Assembly: GCA_963726885.1 (NCBI GenBank)
Contig: CAVSDS010000007.1
Coordinates: forward strand, 9,946 to 41,945
Reading direction: 5' to 3'
Source: an uncultured Actinomycetota bacterium
Lineage (GTDB): Bacteria > Actinomycetota > Actinomycetes > Propionibacteriales > Nocardioidaceae
Length of the DNA: 32,000 bases
Below, in pieces: positions 1-12,539 of the stretch; the first letter of the stretch is position 1, and each line of letters starts with the position of its first letter. The position numbers and the translations under genes were made by a program. The notes beneath the pieces are model-generated. The model was not told the DNA's origin. It saw only the letters and a list, made by a program, of their open reading frames with translations, and did no database searches.

Positions 1-1223
1 GCGTCGACAACGGCCGCATCATGTTCGACGAGGTTCGGGTGCCCCGCCAGAACCTGCTCAACCGCTACGGCCAGGTCGACGAGGGTGGCGCCTACACCTC
101 GCCCGTCGACGACACCGGACGCCGGTTCTTCACGATGCTCGGCACGCTCATCCGCGGCCGGGTGAGCGTCGGCGGCTCGGCCAGCGCGACGGCCGAGGTA
201 GCCCTCACCATCGCCGGCCGTTATGCGCTGAAGCGACGCCAGTTCGGACCGAACCCGGAGCAGGAGATCCTGCTGGCCGACTACCGCGTGCACCAGCGAC
301 GCCTGCTCCCGCTCATCGCTCGCTCGTACGCCTATCGCTTCGCGCAGAACCAGCTCGTGGCCCGCATGCACCGACTCCAGCTCGTCGACGAGCCCGACCC
401 GATGCAGAAGCGTGAGCTCGAGAGCCGCGCTGCCGGGCTGAAGGTCGTGCAGACGTGGCACGCGTCGCGGGCCATCCAGGAGGCCCGGGAGATGTGCGGT
501 GGCGCCGGCTACATGGCGGCCAATCGCCTCACCACCATGCGCGGCGACGTCGACGTCTTCACCACCTTTGAGGGCGACAACCACGTGCTCCTGCAGCTGG
601 TGGCGAAAGAGCTCCTCACGTCGTACGCGTCGGACGTGGGTGGCCTCGACCCGGTCGGCCTGGTGCGCTTCGCCGCTGGCACCGTGGCCGACGTGGTCAA
701 GGAGCGCACCGCGGCATCGCAGCTCATCCAGCGCCTCATCGACGCGCGACCGGGTGGAGGGGACGAGCACGACCTCCTCGACCGCGGCACCCAGCTGAAC
801 ATGTTCGAGGACCGCGAGGAGCACGTCATCGAAACCGCCGCCCGTCGACTTCGGCGCGCTGCCAAGGCCGACGACGACGAGGCCTTCGCGATCTTCAACG
901 CCGCCCAGGATCACGTCATCCGGTGCGCGCGCGTCCACATCGACCGCGTCGTGCTGGAGGCATTCACCGCCGGCATCGCCAGGTGCGAGGACGAGGAAGC
1001 GCAGGAGCTCCTGCGCGACGTCTGCACGCTCTACGCGCTCAGCACCATCGAGGACGACCTCGCCTGGTTCATGGGTCACAACCGGCTGAGCGACCAGAGG
1101 GCCAAGGTGGTGACCAGCGAGATGAACGAGATGCTCGAGAAGCTGCGCCCGCACCTGCTCACGCTGGTCGAAGGCTTCGGTGTGCCCGAGAAGGCATGGG
1201 CTGCCGAGATGCTGCAGGACTGA
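1..1223 (+). CDS. acyl-CoA oxidase, C-terminal ~405 aa (5' end outside window)
   Basis: The frame is open from the window edge (codons from nt 3: VDNGRIMFDEVRVPRQNLLNRYG...). It continues as ORF 21..1223 and ends at TGA 1221-1223. The FDxVRVPxxNLL segment and the long helical C-terminal region are typical of ACOX-type acyl-CoA oxidases. Confidence 0.8.
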   Translation, partial: VDNGRIMFDEVRVPRQNLLNRYGQVDEGGAYTSPVDDTGRRFFTMLGTLIRGRVSVGGSASATAEVALTIAGRYALKRRQFGPNPEQEILLADYRVHQRRLLPLIARSYAYRFAQNQLVARMHRLQLVDEPDPMQKRELESRAAGLKVVQTWHASRAIQEAREMCGGAGYMAANRLTTMRGDVDVFTTFEGDNHVLLQLVAKELLTSYASDVGGLDPVGLVRFAAGTVADVVKERTAASQLIQRLIDARPGGGDEHDLLDRGTQLNMFEDREEHVIETAARRLRRAAKADDDEAFAIFNAAQDHVIRCARVHIDRVVLEAFTAGIARCEDEEAQELLRDVCTLYALSTIEDDLAWFMGHNRLSDQRAKVVTSEMNEMLEKLRPHLLTLVEGFGVPEKAWAAEMLQD

Positions 1224-1227
1224 CGCG

Positions 1228-1665
1228 ATGCACGTGATGGCGGCCCGCGTGGCTCTGGTGGCGCTGGCGATCGCCAACGGGTCCACCGGACTCCTGGCAC
1301 GGCTCAACCCGAAGACCTTCTACGACGACTTCCCGTTCGGCCGGTCCTGGGTGCAGGTCGACGGGCCGTACAACGAGCACCTGGTCACCGACTTCGGCGC
1401 CGCGCTGCTGGCCATCACGGCGGTCTGCCTCGTGGCCGTCTGGCGCCCGACGCGAGAGGTGGTCGTCGCCGCAGCGGCCGCGAACATCGTGCTCGGCGGC
1501 TTCCACATCGCCTATCACGCCGGCGTCGCCGAGCTGCTGAGCACGACCGACAACATCCTCAGCTTCACCGCCATCGGCCTGGGCATCGTCCTCGGCCTGA
1601 TGCTGCTCCCGCTGTCGCGGGGGCTTCCGGCGGCCCACTCCACCAGGGCCCAGTCCCTGGCCTAG
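1228..1665 (+). CDS. hypothetical integral membrane protein (~145 aa)
   Basis: ATG at 1228 lies 4 nt after the ACOX stop (the track ORF 1180..1665 overlaps ACOX upstream). There are several hydrophobic helices (VALVALAIANG, AALLAITAVCLVAV, FTAIGLGIVLGLMLL). I recognise no family. Confidence 0.5.
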   Translation: MHVMAARVALVALAIANGSTGLLARLNPKTFYDDFPFGRSWVQVDGPYNEHLVTDFGAALLAITAVCLVAVWRPTREVVVAAAAANIVLGGFHIAYHAGVAELLSTTDNILSFTAIGLGIVLGLMLLPLSRGLPAAHSTRAQSLA

Positions 1666-2162
1666 CCGTCGAAGTCGGACGAGCGGAGCGCGCGCAGCAG
1701 CTCGTAGGCCTTCTCCTGGTCGGCGGCGTCGAGCGTTCCGACGGCAAAGTCGATGGCGGTGAGCGCGGCAGTAGCTCGCTTGAGCACGCGCCGGCCGGCG
1801 GGCGTCAACGAGGCGAGCACCCGGCGGCGGTCGGCGACGTCGACGGTGCGGGCGACGAGTCCCTGCGCCTCGAGCCGGTCGACGAGGTTCGTCACCGACG
1901 TCGGGTGCACCATGAGTCGCTCTCCCACCTTGCTCAGCGGCAGGGAACCGGTGCGGCTGAAGGACAGCAGCACCAGCACCTCGTAGCGGGCGAACGTGAT
2001 GTCGAACGGCTTGACCGCCGCATCGAGCGCGGCAAGCACGAGCTGCTGCACCCGCATGATCGAGGTGGCGAGCCGCATGGCCCCGTCGTCACCGATGCGT
2101 TCACCCCACAGCTCACCGGCCCGTTCGATCGGGTCGAAGGCGATGCGCGGAGTGGTGGTCAT
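1662..2162 (-). CDS. MarR-family transcriptional regulator
   Basis: 166 aa with the MarR winged-helix pattern (ITFARYEVLVLL...LPLSKVGERLMVHPTSVTNLVDRLEAQGLV.R..D..DRR). It is divergent from icmF. Its stop codon overlaps the stop of the convergent gene within CTAG at 1662-1665. Confidence 0.85.
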   Translation of the reverse strand: MTTTPRIAFDPIERAGELWGERIGDDGAMRLATSIMRVQQLVLAALDAAVKPFDITFARYEVLVLLSFSRTGSLPLSKVGERLMVHPTSVTNLVDRLEAQGLVARTVDVADRRRVLASLTPAGRRVLKRATAALTAIDFAVGTLDAADQEKAYELLRALRSSDFDG

Positions 2163-2170
2163 GGGGCCAG

Positions 2171-2201
2171 CCTAGCAAATACTAGGAAGTCCGACTATCG
2201 T
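2171..2201. promoter_or_regulatory. divergent marR/icmF promoter-operator candidate
   Basis: AT-rich island in the 46-bp divergent spacer. It holds the imperfect palindrome CCTAGCAAATACTAGG (2171-2186), whose minus-strand reading contains TAGTAT (TAnnnT) 16 nt before the marR ATG. TATCGT (2196-2201) ends 7 nt before the icmF ATG, which suggests a leaderless or short-leader transcript. Confidence 0.3.
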
Positions 2202-2208
2202 ATGTCCT

Positions 2209-5200
2209 ATGGAAAAGCCCGACCTGCACGTCCCCGAGCATCCGGTCCGCTTCGTCACGTCGTCAGCCCTGTTCGACGGGCACGACGCGAGCATCAACAT
2301 CATGCGCCGCATCCTGCAGTCGCAGGGTGCCGAGGTCGTGCACCTCGGCCACAACCGGGCGGTCAGCGAGATCGTCGCGGCGGCGCTGGAGGAGGATGTC
2401 CAGGGTGTCGCCGTGAGCTCGTACCAGGGCGGTCACGTCGAGTTCTTCGAGTACCTCGCGGAGTCGCTGCGGGAGCAGGGTGCCGGCCACATCAAGGTGT
2501 TCGGTGGTGGGGGTGGCGTCATCGTGCCCGACGAGATCGCCCGTCTGCGCGAGGCGGGCATCACGATCTTCTCCCCCGAGGACGGCCAGCGCTTCGGCCT
2601 CGCCGGCATGATCAACCAGATGGTCGAGGCGTGCGACCACGACCTCTGGGACGTCGCCCAGGCCGCCGCCGACGACGTGCTCGCCGGACAGCGTGGAGCC
2701 ATCGCCCGCGCCATCACCGGAGCCGAGACCGGTCGGCTCGACGACGCGCTCCGGTCCGCGATCCTCGATGCGGCGGAAGCCTCGAACGTTCCGCTGCTCG
2801 GCATCACCGGCACCGGCGGCTCCGGCAAGAGCTCGCTCACCGACGAGCTGGTGCGCCGGTTCCGCACCGACCAGCAGGACAAGCTCCGCATCGCCGTGCT
2901 GGCCATCGACCCCACGCGGCGCAAGGGCGGAGGGGCGCTGCTCGGCGACCGCATCCGCATGAACGCCCTGGACGGCGATCGCATCTACATGCGCTCGATG
3001 GCCACCCGTGGCGGTCACGAGCACCCCGAGCACCTCGACGACGTCATCGCCGTGCTGCGAGCGTCGGGCTTCGACCTGGTGATCATCGAGACCCCCGGCA
3101 TCGGCCAGGGCGACGCCGGCATCGTCCCGTTCGTCGACCGCTCGATGTACGTGATGACGCCGGAGTTCGGCGCCGCCTCGCAGCTGGAGAAGATCGACAT
3201 GCTCGACTTCGCCGACGTCGTCGCCATCAACAAGTTCGAGCGCCGCGGCGCCAAGGACGCACTGCGTGACGTCGGCCGCCAGCTCGTGCGCAACCAGGAG
3301 GCGTTCGACAAGCAACCGGGCGACATGCCGGTGTTCGGCACATCCGCCGCCACCTTCAACGACGACGGCGTCACCGCGCTCTACCACCACCTGGCCGGGA
3401 TGCTCCGCGAGGACGGCCTCGGGCTCGACGAGGGCGTGCTGCCGCACACCGACACGAAGGTCTCCACCGGCTTCGCCGCCGTCGTGCCGCCGGATCGGGT
3501 GCGCTATCTCTCCGAGATCGCCGAGACCGTGCGCGACTACCACGCCGACACCGAGCGGCTCGCTGACCAGGCTCGTCGCGTCCAGCGGCTCAGCGCCGTG
3601 GCGGACGAGCTCGACGAGCCCGGCGAGGTGGGCCGACTGCTCGACGAAGCACGCAAGGACCTCCCCCGCGACGTCTCCGAGCAGGTCGAGGGCTGGCCGG
3701 ACGTCGTCGAGTCGTACTCCGGCGACGAGCAGGTCGTGATCGTCCGCGACCAGGAGATCCACACGCAGCTCCAGCGCGAGTCGTTGTCCGGCAGCAGGAT
3801 CCCCCGCGTCAGCCTCCCCCGCACCACCGACCACGGCGACCTCGTCTCGTTCCTGCGGCGCGAGAACCTGCCCGGCTTCTTCCCGTTCAGCGCGGGCGTG
3901 TTCCGGTTCAAGCGCGACACCGAGGACGCGGCCCGGATGTTCGCCGGCGAGGGCGACCCATTCCGCACCAACCGCCGGTTCAAGCTGCTCTCCGAGGACG
4001 GCGAGGCCAACCGCCTCTCCACCGCCTTCGACTCCGTGACGCTCTACGGCCGCGACCCCGACCTCCGTCCCGACATCTACGGCAAGGTCGGCACGTCCGG
4101 AGTCTCGGTGGCCACGTTCGACGACATGCAGGCGCTCTACGACGGGTTCGACCTCCTCTCGCCGTCGACGTCGGTGTCGATGACGATCAACGGGCCGGCC
4201 CCGACCGTGCTCGCGTTCTTCCTCAACACCGCCATCGAGCAGGCCATCGCGACGTTCACGCGAGACCGAGGGCCGTGAGCCCGACGACACCGAGCGCTCC
4301 GAGCTGCGCGAGTCCGCGCTCCAGACCGTCCGCGGCACCGTGCAGGCCGACATCCTCAAGGAGGACCAGGGCCAGAACACGTGCCTCTTCTCGACCGAGT
4401 TCAGCCTCCGGATGATGGCCGACATCCAGGAGTGGTTCATCGAGCACCAGGTGCGCAACTTCTACTCGGTGTCGATCTCCGGCTACCACATCGCCGAGGC
4501 CGGGGCGAACCCCATCAGCCAGCTCGCCTTCACCCTCGCCAACGGGTTCACGTACGTCGAGTCCTACCTCGCGCGGGGCATGGACATCGACGACTTCGCA
4601 CCGAACCTGTCGTTCTTCTTCTCCAACGGCATGGACCCGGAGTACTCGGTGCTCGGCCGCGTGGCCCGGCGCATCTGGGCGGTCACGATGCGCGACCGCT
4701 ACGGCGCCAACGAGCGAAGCCAGAAGCTCAAGTACCACGTCCAGACGTCCGGACGCTCCCTGCACGCCCAGGAGATGAGCTTCAACGACATCCGCACCAC
4801 GTTGCAGGCGCTCATCGCCATCTACGACAACGCGAACAGCCTGCACACCAACGCCTTCGACGAAGCCGTCACCACACCGGGCAACGCGTCGGTGCGCCGG
4901 GCGCTCGCGATCCAGATGATCATCAACCGCGAGTGGGGCGTCGCGATGAACGAGAACCCCACCCAGGGCGCGTTCCTCACCGACGAGCTCACCGACCTCG
5001 TCGAGGCGGCGGTGCTCGCGGAGTTCGACAGCATCAGCGAGCGCGGCGGCGTGCTCGGGGCGATGGAGACGGGCTACCAGCGCGGCCGGATCCAGGACGA
5101 GTCGATGCTCTACGAGCAGCGCAAGCACGACGGGTCCCTGCCCATCGTCGGCGTCAACACGTTCCTCAACCCGAACGAGGACGAGGAGCCACCGACCGTC

Positions 5201-5431
5201 GACCTCGCCCGCGCCACCGAGGACGAGAAGAAGTCGCAGCTCGACCGTGTGCAGGCGTTCCAGAAGGAGCACCGCAGCGAGGCCACCGAGGCCATCGCCC
5301 GCCTCAAGGAGGCCGCGACGTCGGACGAGAACGTCTTCGCGGTCCTCATGGAGGCCGCACGGGTCTGCTCGCTGCAGCAGGTGACCGAGGCGTTCTTCGA
5401 GGTCGGCGGCCAGTACCGTCGTTCAGTGTGA
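2209..5431 (+). pseudogene. icmF: fused isobutyryl-CoA mutase IcmF (B12-binding domain + MeaB-like GTPase + mutase barrel), interrupted by one +1 frameshift as sequenced
   Basis: ORFs 2209..4278 and 4340..5431 together give the IcmF domain order: a B12 domain (SALFDGHDASINIMRRIL), a P-loop (GITGTGGSGKSSL) and a mutase core ([19 protein letters not shown]). The second frame is open back to about 4262 and reads ...[30 protein letters not shown]. Removing one G from GGG 4270-4272 restores ...TFTRDRGREPDD..., and 3222 nt then encode 1073 aa. Confidence 0.9.
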
Positions 5432-5928
5432 GCGACCTTCCCACGTACGACCAGATCACCCAGCTCCCTGCCAGCGACGAGCAGGTGGTGCCGCAGGAGT
5501 TCATCGACGAGAACGGTCACATGAACATCCGGCACTACTTCGACGCCGCGTCACTCGCGCTGTGGCGCGTCTGCATCGCTGCCGGCATGGACGACAGCTA
5601 CCACGAGGAGCGCGGCCTCTCGCTGTTCACCGTCGAGCAGCACCTCCGGTACTTCAGCGAGATGAACCTCGGCGACCGGTTCACCGTGCACGGCCGCCTG
5701 CTCGAGCGCTCCGGCAAGGTGCTTCACGGCATGGCGTTCGTCGTGTCGCAGGAGTCCCGATCCCTGGCGTGCACGTTCGAGGTGACGTACATCCACGTGG
5801 ACATGACCACCCGCCGGTCGGTCGGGATTCCTGACGACATGGCTGCCAGCTTCGACGCCGTGATCGCGCGCGGCGACGAGCTCGGCTGGGACGCTCCGGT
5901 GTGCGGTGCCATGGGCGTGCATCGATAG
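5428..5928 (+). CDS. hotdog-fold acyl-CoA thioesterase (4HBT-like)
   Basis: This is the C-terminal part of track ORF 4381..5928. The GTG at 5428 overlaps the icmF stop (GTGA at 5428-5431). The 166-aa product has a thioesterase-like pattern ([19 protein letters not shown]..., [31 protein letters not shown]). Confidence 0.7.
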   Translation: MSDLPTYDQITQLPASDEQVVPQEFIDENGHMNIRHYFDAASLALWRVCIAAGMDDSYHEERGLSLFTVEQHLRYFSEMNLGDRFTVHGRLLERSGKVLHGMAFVVSQESRSLACTFEVTYIHVDMTTRRSVGIPDDMAASFDAVIARGDELGWDAPVCGAMGVHR

Positions 5929-8694
<2,766 letters not shown>

Positions 8695-8756
8695 TCTGCC
8701 AAGATGCGGCTCCGCGCCAGCGCTTTACGCTGAAGGCGGACAGAGGGAGGTCCTTC

Positions 8757-9271
8757 ATGAATGACGTTGACTGGTGGGTGTGGCTGATCGTCGCACTCGT
8801 CGTGATCGCGATCGTGCTGGCGCTCGTCGCCGCAGCTCGCAAGCGGAACGTGGAGCACGCACGGACGCGTGCCGCCAGCATCCGGGACGAGGCCGGGGAG
8901 CGCCGTGTCGAGGCACAACGCACCCAGGCGGCATCCGCCGCAGCCGAGGCCGACGCAGCCGAGGCGAAGCTGGAGGCCCAACGCCTGGAGCAGCGCGCCG
9001 CCGAGCTCGGGAACGAAGCGTCGACCGCCGATGCGGAGGCCGTTGAACGGGCGCGGAAGGCGGACAGCATCGATCCCGACGTGAGACGGACCGTGACCCC
9101 TCGCCGGGAGACGGCGAGGTCGGCAGGGACCGCGACGTCGATGTCGATCGAAACCGCGATGCGGACTTCGACGCCGACCGCCGGGACGACTCGGTGGGTC
9201 GGGACGACTCGGTACGTCGGGACGACTCGGTACGCCGGGACGACGACGGGTCCGTTGCCCGCTGACGACCT
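8757..9271 (+). CDS. small N-terminally anchored coiled-coil protein with Asp/Arg-rich repeat tail (needs a -1 correction near 9081-9086; as sequenced it reads on into the next gene)
   Basis: GGGAGG sits 7 nt upstream of the ATG at 8757. The N-terminus has a TM helix (WWVWLIVALVVIAIVLALVAAA) followed by an Ala/Glu/Arg coiled-coil region. After about 9083 the frame ending at TGA 9269-9271 (ETDRDPSPGDGEVGRDRDVDVDRNRDADFDADRRDDSVGRDDSVRRDDSVRRDDDGSVAR*) has coding-like composition (G-rich position 1, low-GC position 2). The track frame (TVTPRRETARSAGTATS...) does not. Confidence 0.4.
9183..9244 (+). repeat. 18-bp tandem repeat, 3 full units plus a partial fourth
   Basis: The units are GGGACGACTCGGTGGGTC (9183-9200), GGGACGACTCGGTACGTC (9201-9218) and GGGACGACTCGGTACGCC (9219-9236), followed by GGGACGAC... 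(9237-). They encode the hexapeptide repeat RDDSV(G/R) in the proposed frame. Confidence 0.85.
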
Positions 9272-10003
9272 CGGTACAGCCGTCGAGCTGACGGCACCGG
9301 CGAGACGCGTCGTCTCGCTCGTGCCGTCGCTCACCGAAGCCATCGCGGCGACTCGGCCCGAGGCGCTCGTCGGCGCCACCGACTGGTGCACGCACCCGGC
9401 CGACCTCGACGTCGACCGCGTACGGGGCACCAAGAATCCCGACCGGTCCGCCATCGCGGAGCTGGCGCCGGACCTGGTCGTCGCGAACCAGGAGGAGAAC
9501 CGCGAGCTGGACGTCGAGCGGTTGCGGGCCGACGGCATCGCCGTGTGGGTGACCCGCATCCGCACGCTCGACGAGGCGTTCGCCTCGATGCGGCGCCTGT
9601 TCACCGAAGCGGTCGGCTGGGACGTGCCGCACTGGCTGGAGGAGGCCGAGCAGGTCTGGTCCCGTCCTGCGTCGGCAGGCGGGCCGCGAGTCGCCGTCCC
9701 GATCTGGCGAGACCCGTGGATGGTGGTCGGCAGCGACACCTTCACCGGAGACGTGATCGCGCGGCTCGGCTGGCAGAACGTCTTCGAGGACAGCGACGAG
9801 CGCTACCCACGCATGGAGCTGGGCGAGATCGACCGCGACGACGTCGACCTCGTGCTGCTGCCGGACGAGCCCTACGTCTTCGGACCCGAGGACGGGCCCG
9901 AGGCCTTCACCCACGCGCCACCGCACTCGTCTCGGGCCGCGCACTGACCTGGTACGGGCCGTCACTGATCACGGCACGCGCCGAGCTGCAGGCAGTCCCT
10001 TAG
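9255..10003 (+). pseudogene. BtuF/TroA-like 'helical backbone' binding protein (cobalamin/metal-chelate binding family), -1 frameshift near the C-terminus as sequenced
   Basis: The core reads DDLGTAVELTAPARRVVSLVPSLTEAIAATRPEALVGATDWCTHP...DLVVANQEEN. The frame ends ...EAFTHAPPHSSRAAH* at 9947, but the frame of ORF 9386..10003 continues as TALVSGRALTWYGPSLITARAELQAVP*. One base appears to be missing around 9917-9922. The start is uncertain: TTG at 9255 gives (M)PADDLGT, and in-frame ATGs also exist at 9141 and 9159. No signal peptide is evident. Confidence 0.55.
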
Positions 10004-11402
10004 TCGTCGTCGCGATCCTGCCGAAGGCCCTCGACGCCTTGGCTGGCGAGCGTCTCGGCGTTCTTGCGGGCCTGCCGTGCCGACAACGCGCGGGGGGCCT
10101 GCCGGGCGTCGACCACGAACGGCTCGTCGGCCATCACGTACGGGGTCTCGCCCACGATCGCGTTGTGGCTTCCCGACGAGAGGTACTTGGCGCTGAGGTT
10201 GACGAGGGTGGCGAACCGGTTGCGGTTGCCGAGCAGCGTCACGATGTGCAGGCCGACCCAGATGACCCAGGCCGGGAAGCCGGTCAGCTTCGGCAGGAAC
10301 TTGATCTCCGCGACCGCGGAGGAGCGCCCGATGGTGGCCATCGTGCCCTTGTTGAGGTACTTGAACGGCTTGCGGGTCTTGCCCTTGAGATCGGCCTTGA
10401 TCACCTTCGCGACGTACTTGCCGCCCTGGATGGCGGGCTGGGCCAGCTGCGGCAGCTCATCCGGAGCCGATCGAGACGTCACCGATCGCGAAGACGTTGT
10501 CGAGGCCCTTGACGCGTCGCTGCTCGTCGGTCTCGATGCGGCCGCCGCGGCCCTGCGGCACGCCCCAGTCGGCGACGGACGGGTGCGCCGTGATGCCGCG
10601 TGGCCCAGACGACGATGCCGGCAGGAAGGAACTCCTGCTCGCCGTCGTGCTCCACCAGGACGCCGTCCTCGCGCACCTCCTTCACGGCGGTGTCGAGACG
10701 GAGGTCGACGTCGCGCTTCAGCAAGGATTTGCTGGCGTACTCACGCAGCTTCGGGGCGAACGGGCTGAGCACGTGCGGCAGCATCTCGACGAGGGTGATG
10801 TGGATGCGCTCGCGGTCGAGCTCCGGATAGGTGGTGGGCATGTCGAGGTTGCGCATCTCGGCGAACGCGCCCGCCGTCTCGACGCCGGTGGCGCCGCCGC
10901 CGACCACGACGATGCGCAGGTCGCGCTCCTGACCGTTGATGGCCGCGTACTCGAAGTTCGCGAACATCCGGTCGCGCACCTGGAGGGCCTGGGAGCGCTT
11001 GTAGAGCGGCATCGAGTACTTGTCGGCGCCGGGGACTCCGAAGAAGTTCGTGGTGACGCCGACGGCGATGACGAGGTAGTCGTACTTGACGTCGACGCCG
11101 CTCTCGAGGTGGAGCGTCTTGGCATCGTGGTTCATCGTCTTGACGACGCCCTTGAGGAAGCGGACGTTGCTCTGCTTGCCACGGATGGCGCGCAGGAACC
11201 AGGTGATGTCGCCCGGGTTCAGGCTGGCGGTCGCCACTTGGTACAGCAGCGGGTTGAACGTGTTGTAGGTGTGCCGGTCGATCAGGGTGACGTCGACGTC
11301 GGCGCGCTTGAGCTTGCGGACGGCCGCGATTCCTCCGAATCCGCCGCCCACGACGACGACGTGCGGACGCTTGCCGGACGCGGTGGTGGGAGTGGCGCTC
11401 AT
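10000..11402 (-). pseudogene. ndh: type II NADH dehydrogenase (NDH-2), two +1 frameshifts as sequenced
   Basis: ORF 10479..11402 carries two Rossmann motifs (VVVVGGGFGGIAA and VVVGGGATGVETAG). After ...GIVVWA the middle frame reads GITAHPSVADWGVPQGRGGRIETDEQRRVKGLDNVFAIGDVSIGSG. ORF 10000..10482 then supplies DELPQLAQPAIQGGKYVAKVI... The breaks lie at about 10596-10603 and 10458-10485. 1403 nt minus 2 gives 466 aa. Confidence 0.85.
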
Positions 11403-11408
11403 ACCTGA

Positions 11409-11414
11409 ATTCTA
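11409..11414 (-). promoter_or_regulatory. candidate -10 box (TAGAAT) for a leaderless ndh transcript
   Basis: The minus strand reads ...cgcgagTAGAATtcaggtATG. The hexamer fits TAnnnT, and 6 nt separate it from the ndh ATG (11402). That geometry is typical of leaderless actinobacterial mRNAs. Confidence 0.3.
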
Positions 11415-11446
11415 CTCGCGTGACGCAGGTTACTCCGGGCCAGGAC

Positions 11447-12501
11447 TCAGCGGGTGCCGGCGGTCCAGGCGCGCGACTCGTCTCGGTTGAGCAGCACCGT
11501 CACGGCCACCGCCGTGCCCGCGCCGAGCAGTCCCAAGGGCACAGGCACGAGCACGACTCCAACGACGGCGGTGATCCAGGCCAGTGCGAGCGTCAACGGA
11601 CGGCTGCGCGGCAAGCGCGCCAAGAGCGAGAAGCCCGCTGCGAACCCGGCGACGTGCCAACGGAAGAAGCACCAGGCATCCCCAGAACACCGAACGCATG
11701 GCTTCCTCGAGCTCGTCCGCCGAGAACATGTCGGCGAACGGACCATTGAGCACGATTTGCGACGTACTCGTCGCGGGCGAAGCCGTAGAAGAGCAGGTAG
11801 AGCGCCGCGAAGCCGCCGACGAGCGATGAACCGATCACGGTGACGAGCCCGGCGGCGAACACGGCGCGCGGCCGATGGGTGCTCCGCGCTGGTGGCGCCG
11901 ATTCCTCGATGGTCGGCACGCGCTGGACCGGAGCGGCCCACGGGTTGGGGCTCGGCGGTGGATCGGTCGCCGCATCGGGATAGGTGGCGCTGTCGGCGCC
12001 GCCGGCCTCGGTGGGAGACGGTCCGCCGATTCCGGGCGGCAGCTCCTTGCCCGCCGGGGCCAGTCGAGTCGCGTACCACTGACGCGCGTCGGCCGACCAC
12101 AGCATGGCGCCGGCGCCCAGCAGGAACATGGCCTGCAGCAGGCCGATCCATCCGAACGGCAGGACGAGCAGACCGATGATGACGGCCATCACCGTTGAGC
12201 CGACCCGCGACACCTGGTCGCCACGGGAGGCGTAGACGGCGAACACGATGCCGGCGACGAGCAGCAGCACGCAGCCCAGGCCCATCCAGCGCAACGTGCC
12301 GAGCAGATCGCCCATGCTCAGGTCGAAGCCCCGGTCGCTCAGCGTCGAGAGGGTGGGCTGCAGGCTCTTCTGCATCTCGATCGTGCCCCAGTCGCCGAGT
12401 GCCTGGATGAGGCTGACCAGCAGCAGGAACGCGCTGAAACCCACGAAACCGCAGGCCAGGGTGACGGCCGGTGGTCGGGGGGCAGCGCTCATGCCATCCA
12501 T
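11447..12501 (-). pseudogene. polytopic membrane protein with Pro-rich central linker, two +1 frameshifts as sequenced
   Basis: ORF 11593..12501 gives the N-terminal TM helices and a PSPTEAGG...PPPSPNPW linker. After ...FARDEYV the frame of ORF 11430..11753 reads SQIVLNGPFADMFSADELEEAMRSVFWG. The frame of ORF 11447..12511 then gives DAWCFFRWHVAGFAAGFSLL...AWITAVVGVVLVPVPLGLLGAG...*. The breaks lie at about 11753-11766 and at the C-run 11680-11683. Confidence 0.5.
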
Positions 12502-12539
12502 CCCACCACACGGTGAAAGCGGCCGTCGGAGTGCACGGC

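Noticed and set aside
1662-1665. Convergent gene pairs with overlapping or near-touching stops: CTAG at 1662-1665, TTAG at 10000-10003 and a 4-nt gap at 27245-27248. None leaves room for a terminator.
   Set aside because: This is a real observation, but such compaction is common in high-GC actinobacterial genomes. I found no hairpin or other signal to build a specific hypothesis on.
4262-4280. Programmed +1 ribosomal frameshift in icmF, at GGG CCG TGA
   Set aside because: No recognisable slippery or SD-stimulated signal is present. The same kind of 1-nt disruption recurs in a dozen unrelated genes nearby. A generic indel explanation is far more parsimonious.
2263-4458. 731-aa ORF antisense to icmF. 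Similar long antisense ORFs occur at 21313..23250 (opposite hhyL), 27513..29897 (opposite clpB), 6966..8417 (opposite serA), 8532..9965 and 13220..14770.
   Set aside because: Stop-poor antisense frames are expected at about 70% GC. The translations are Arg/Ala/Gly/Pro-rich with no recognisable motifs, whereas the opposite strand encodes clearly recognisable proteins.
9183-9244. Tandem repeats at 9183-9244 and 29886-29925 as possible CRISPR arrays or minisatellite mobile-element ends
   Set aside because: The units are contiguous with no spacers. There are only 2.5-3.5 copies, no cas genes and no flanking inverted repeats or transposase.
8757-9947. Single 396-aa fusion protein (membrane anchor + coiled coil + BtuF-like domain), as the track shows
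   Set aside because: The linker segment 9084-9254 in that frame (TVTPRRETARSAGTATSMSIETAMRTSTPTAG...) has non-coding-like codon-position composition. The alternative frame is coding-like and ends at its own stop. I keep this as an open alternative rather than excluding it fully.
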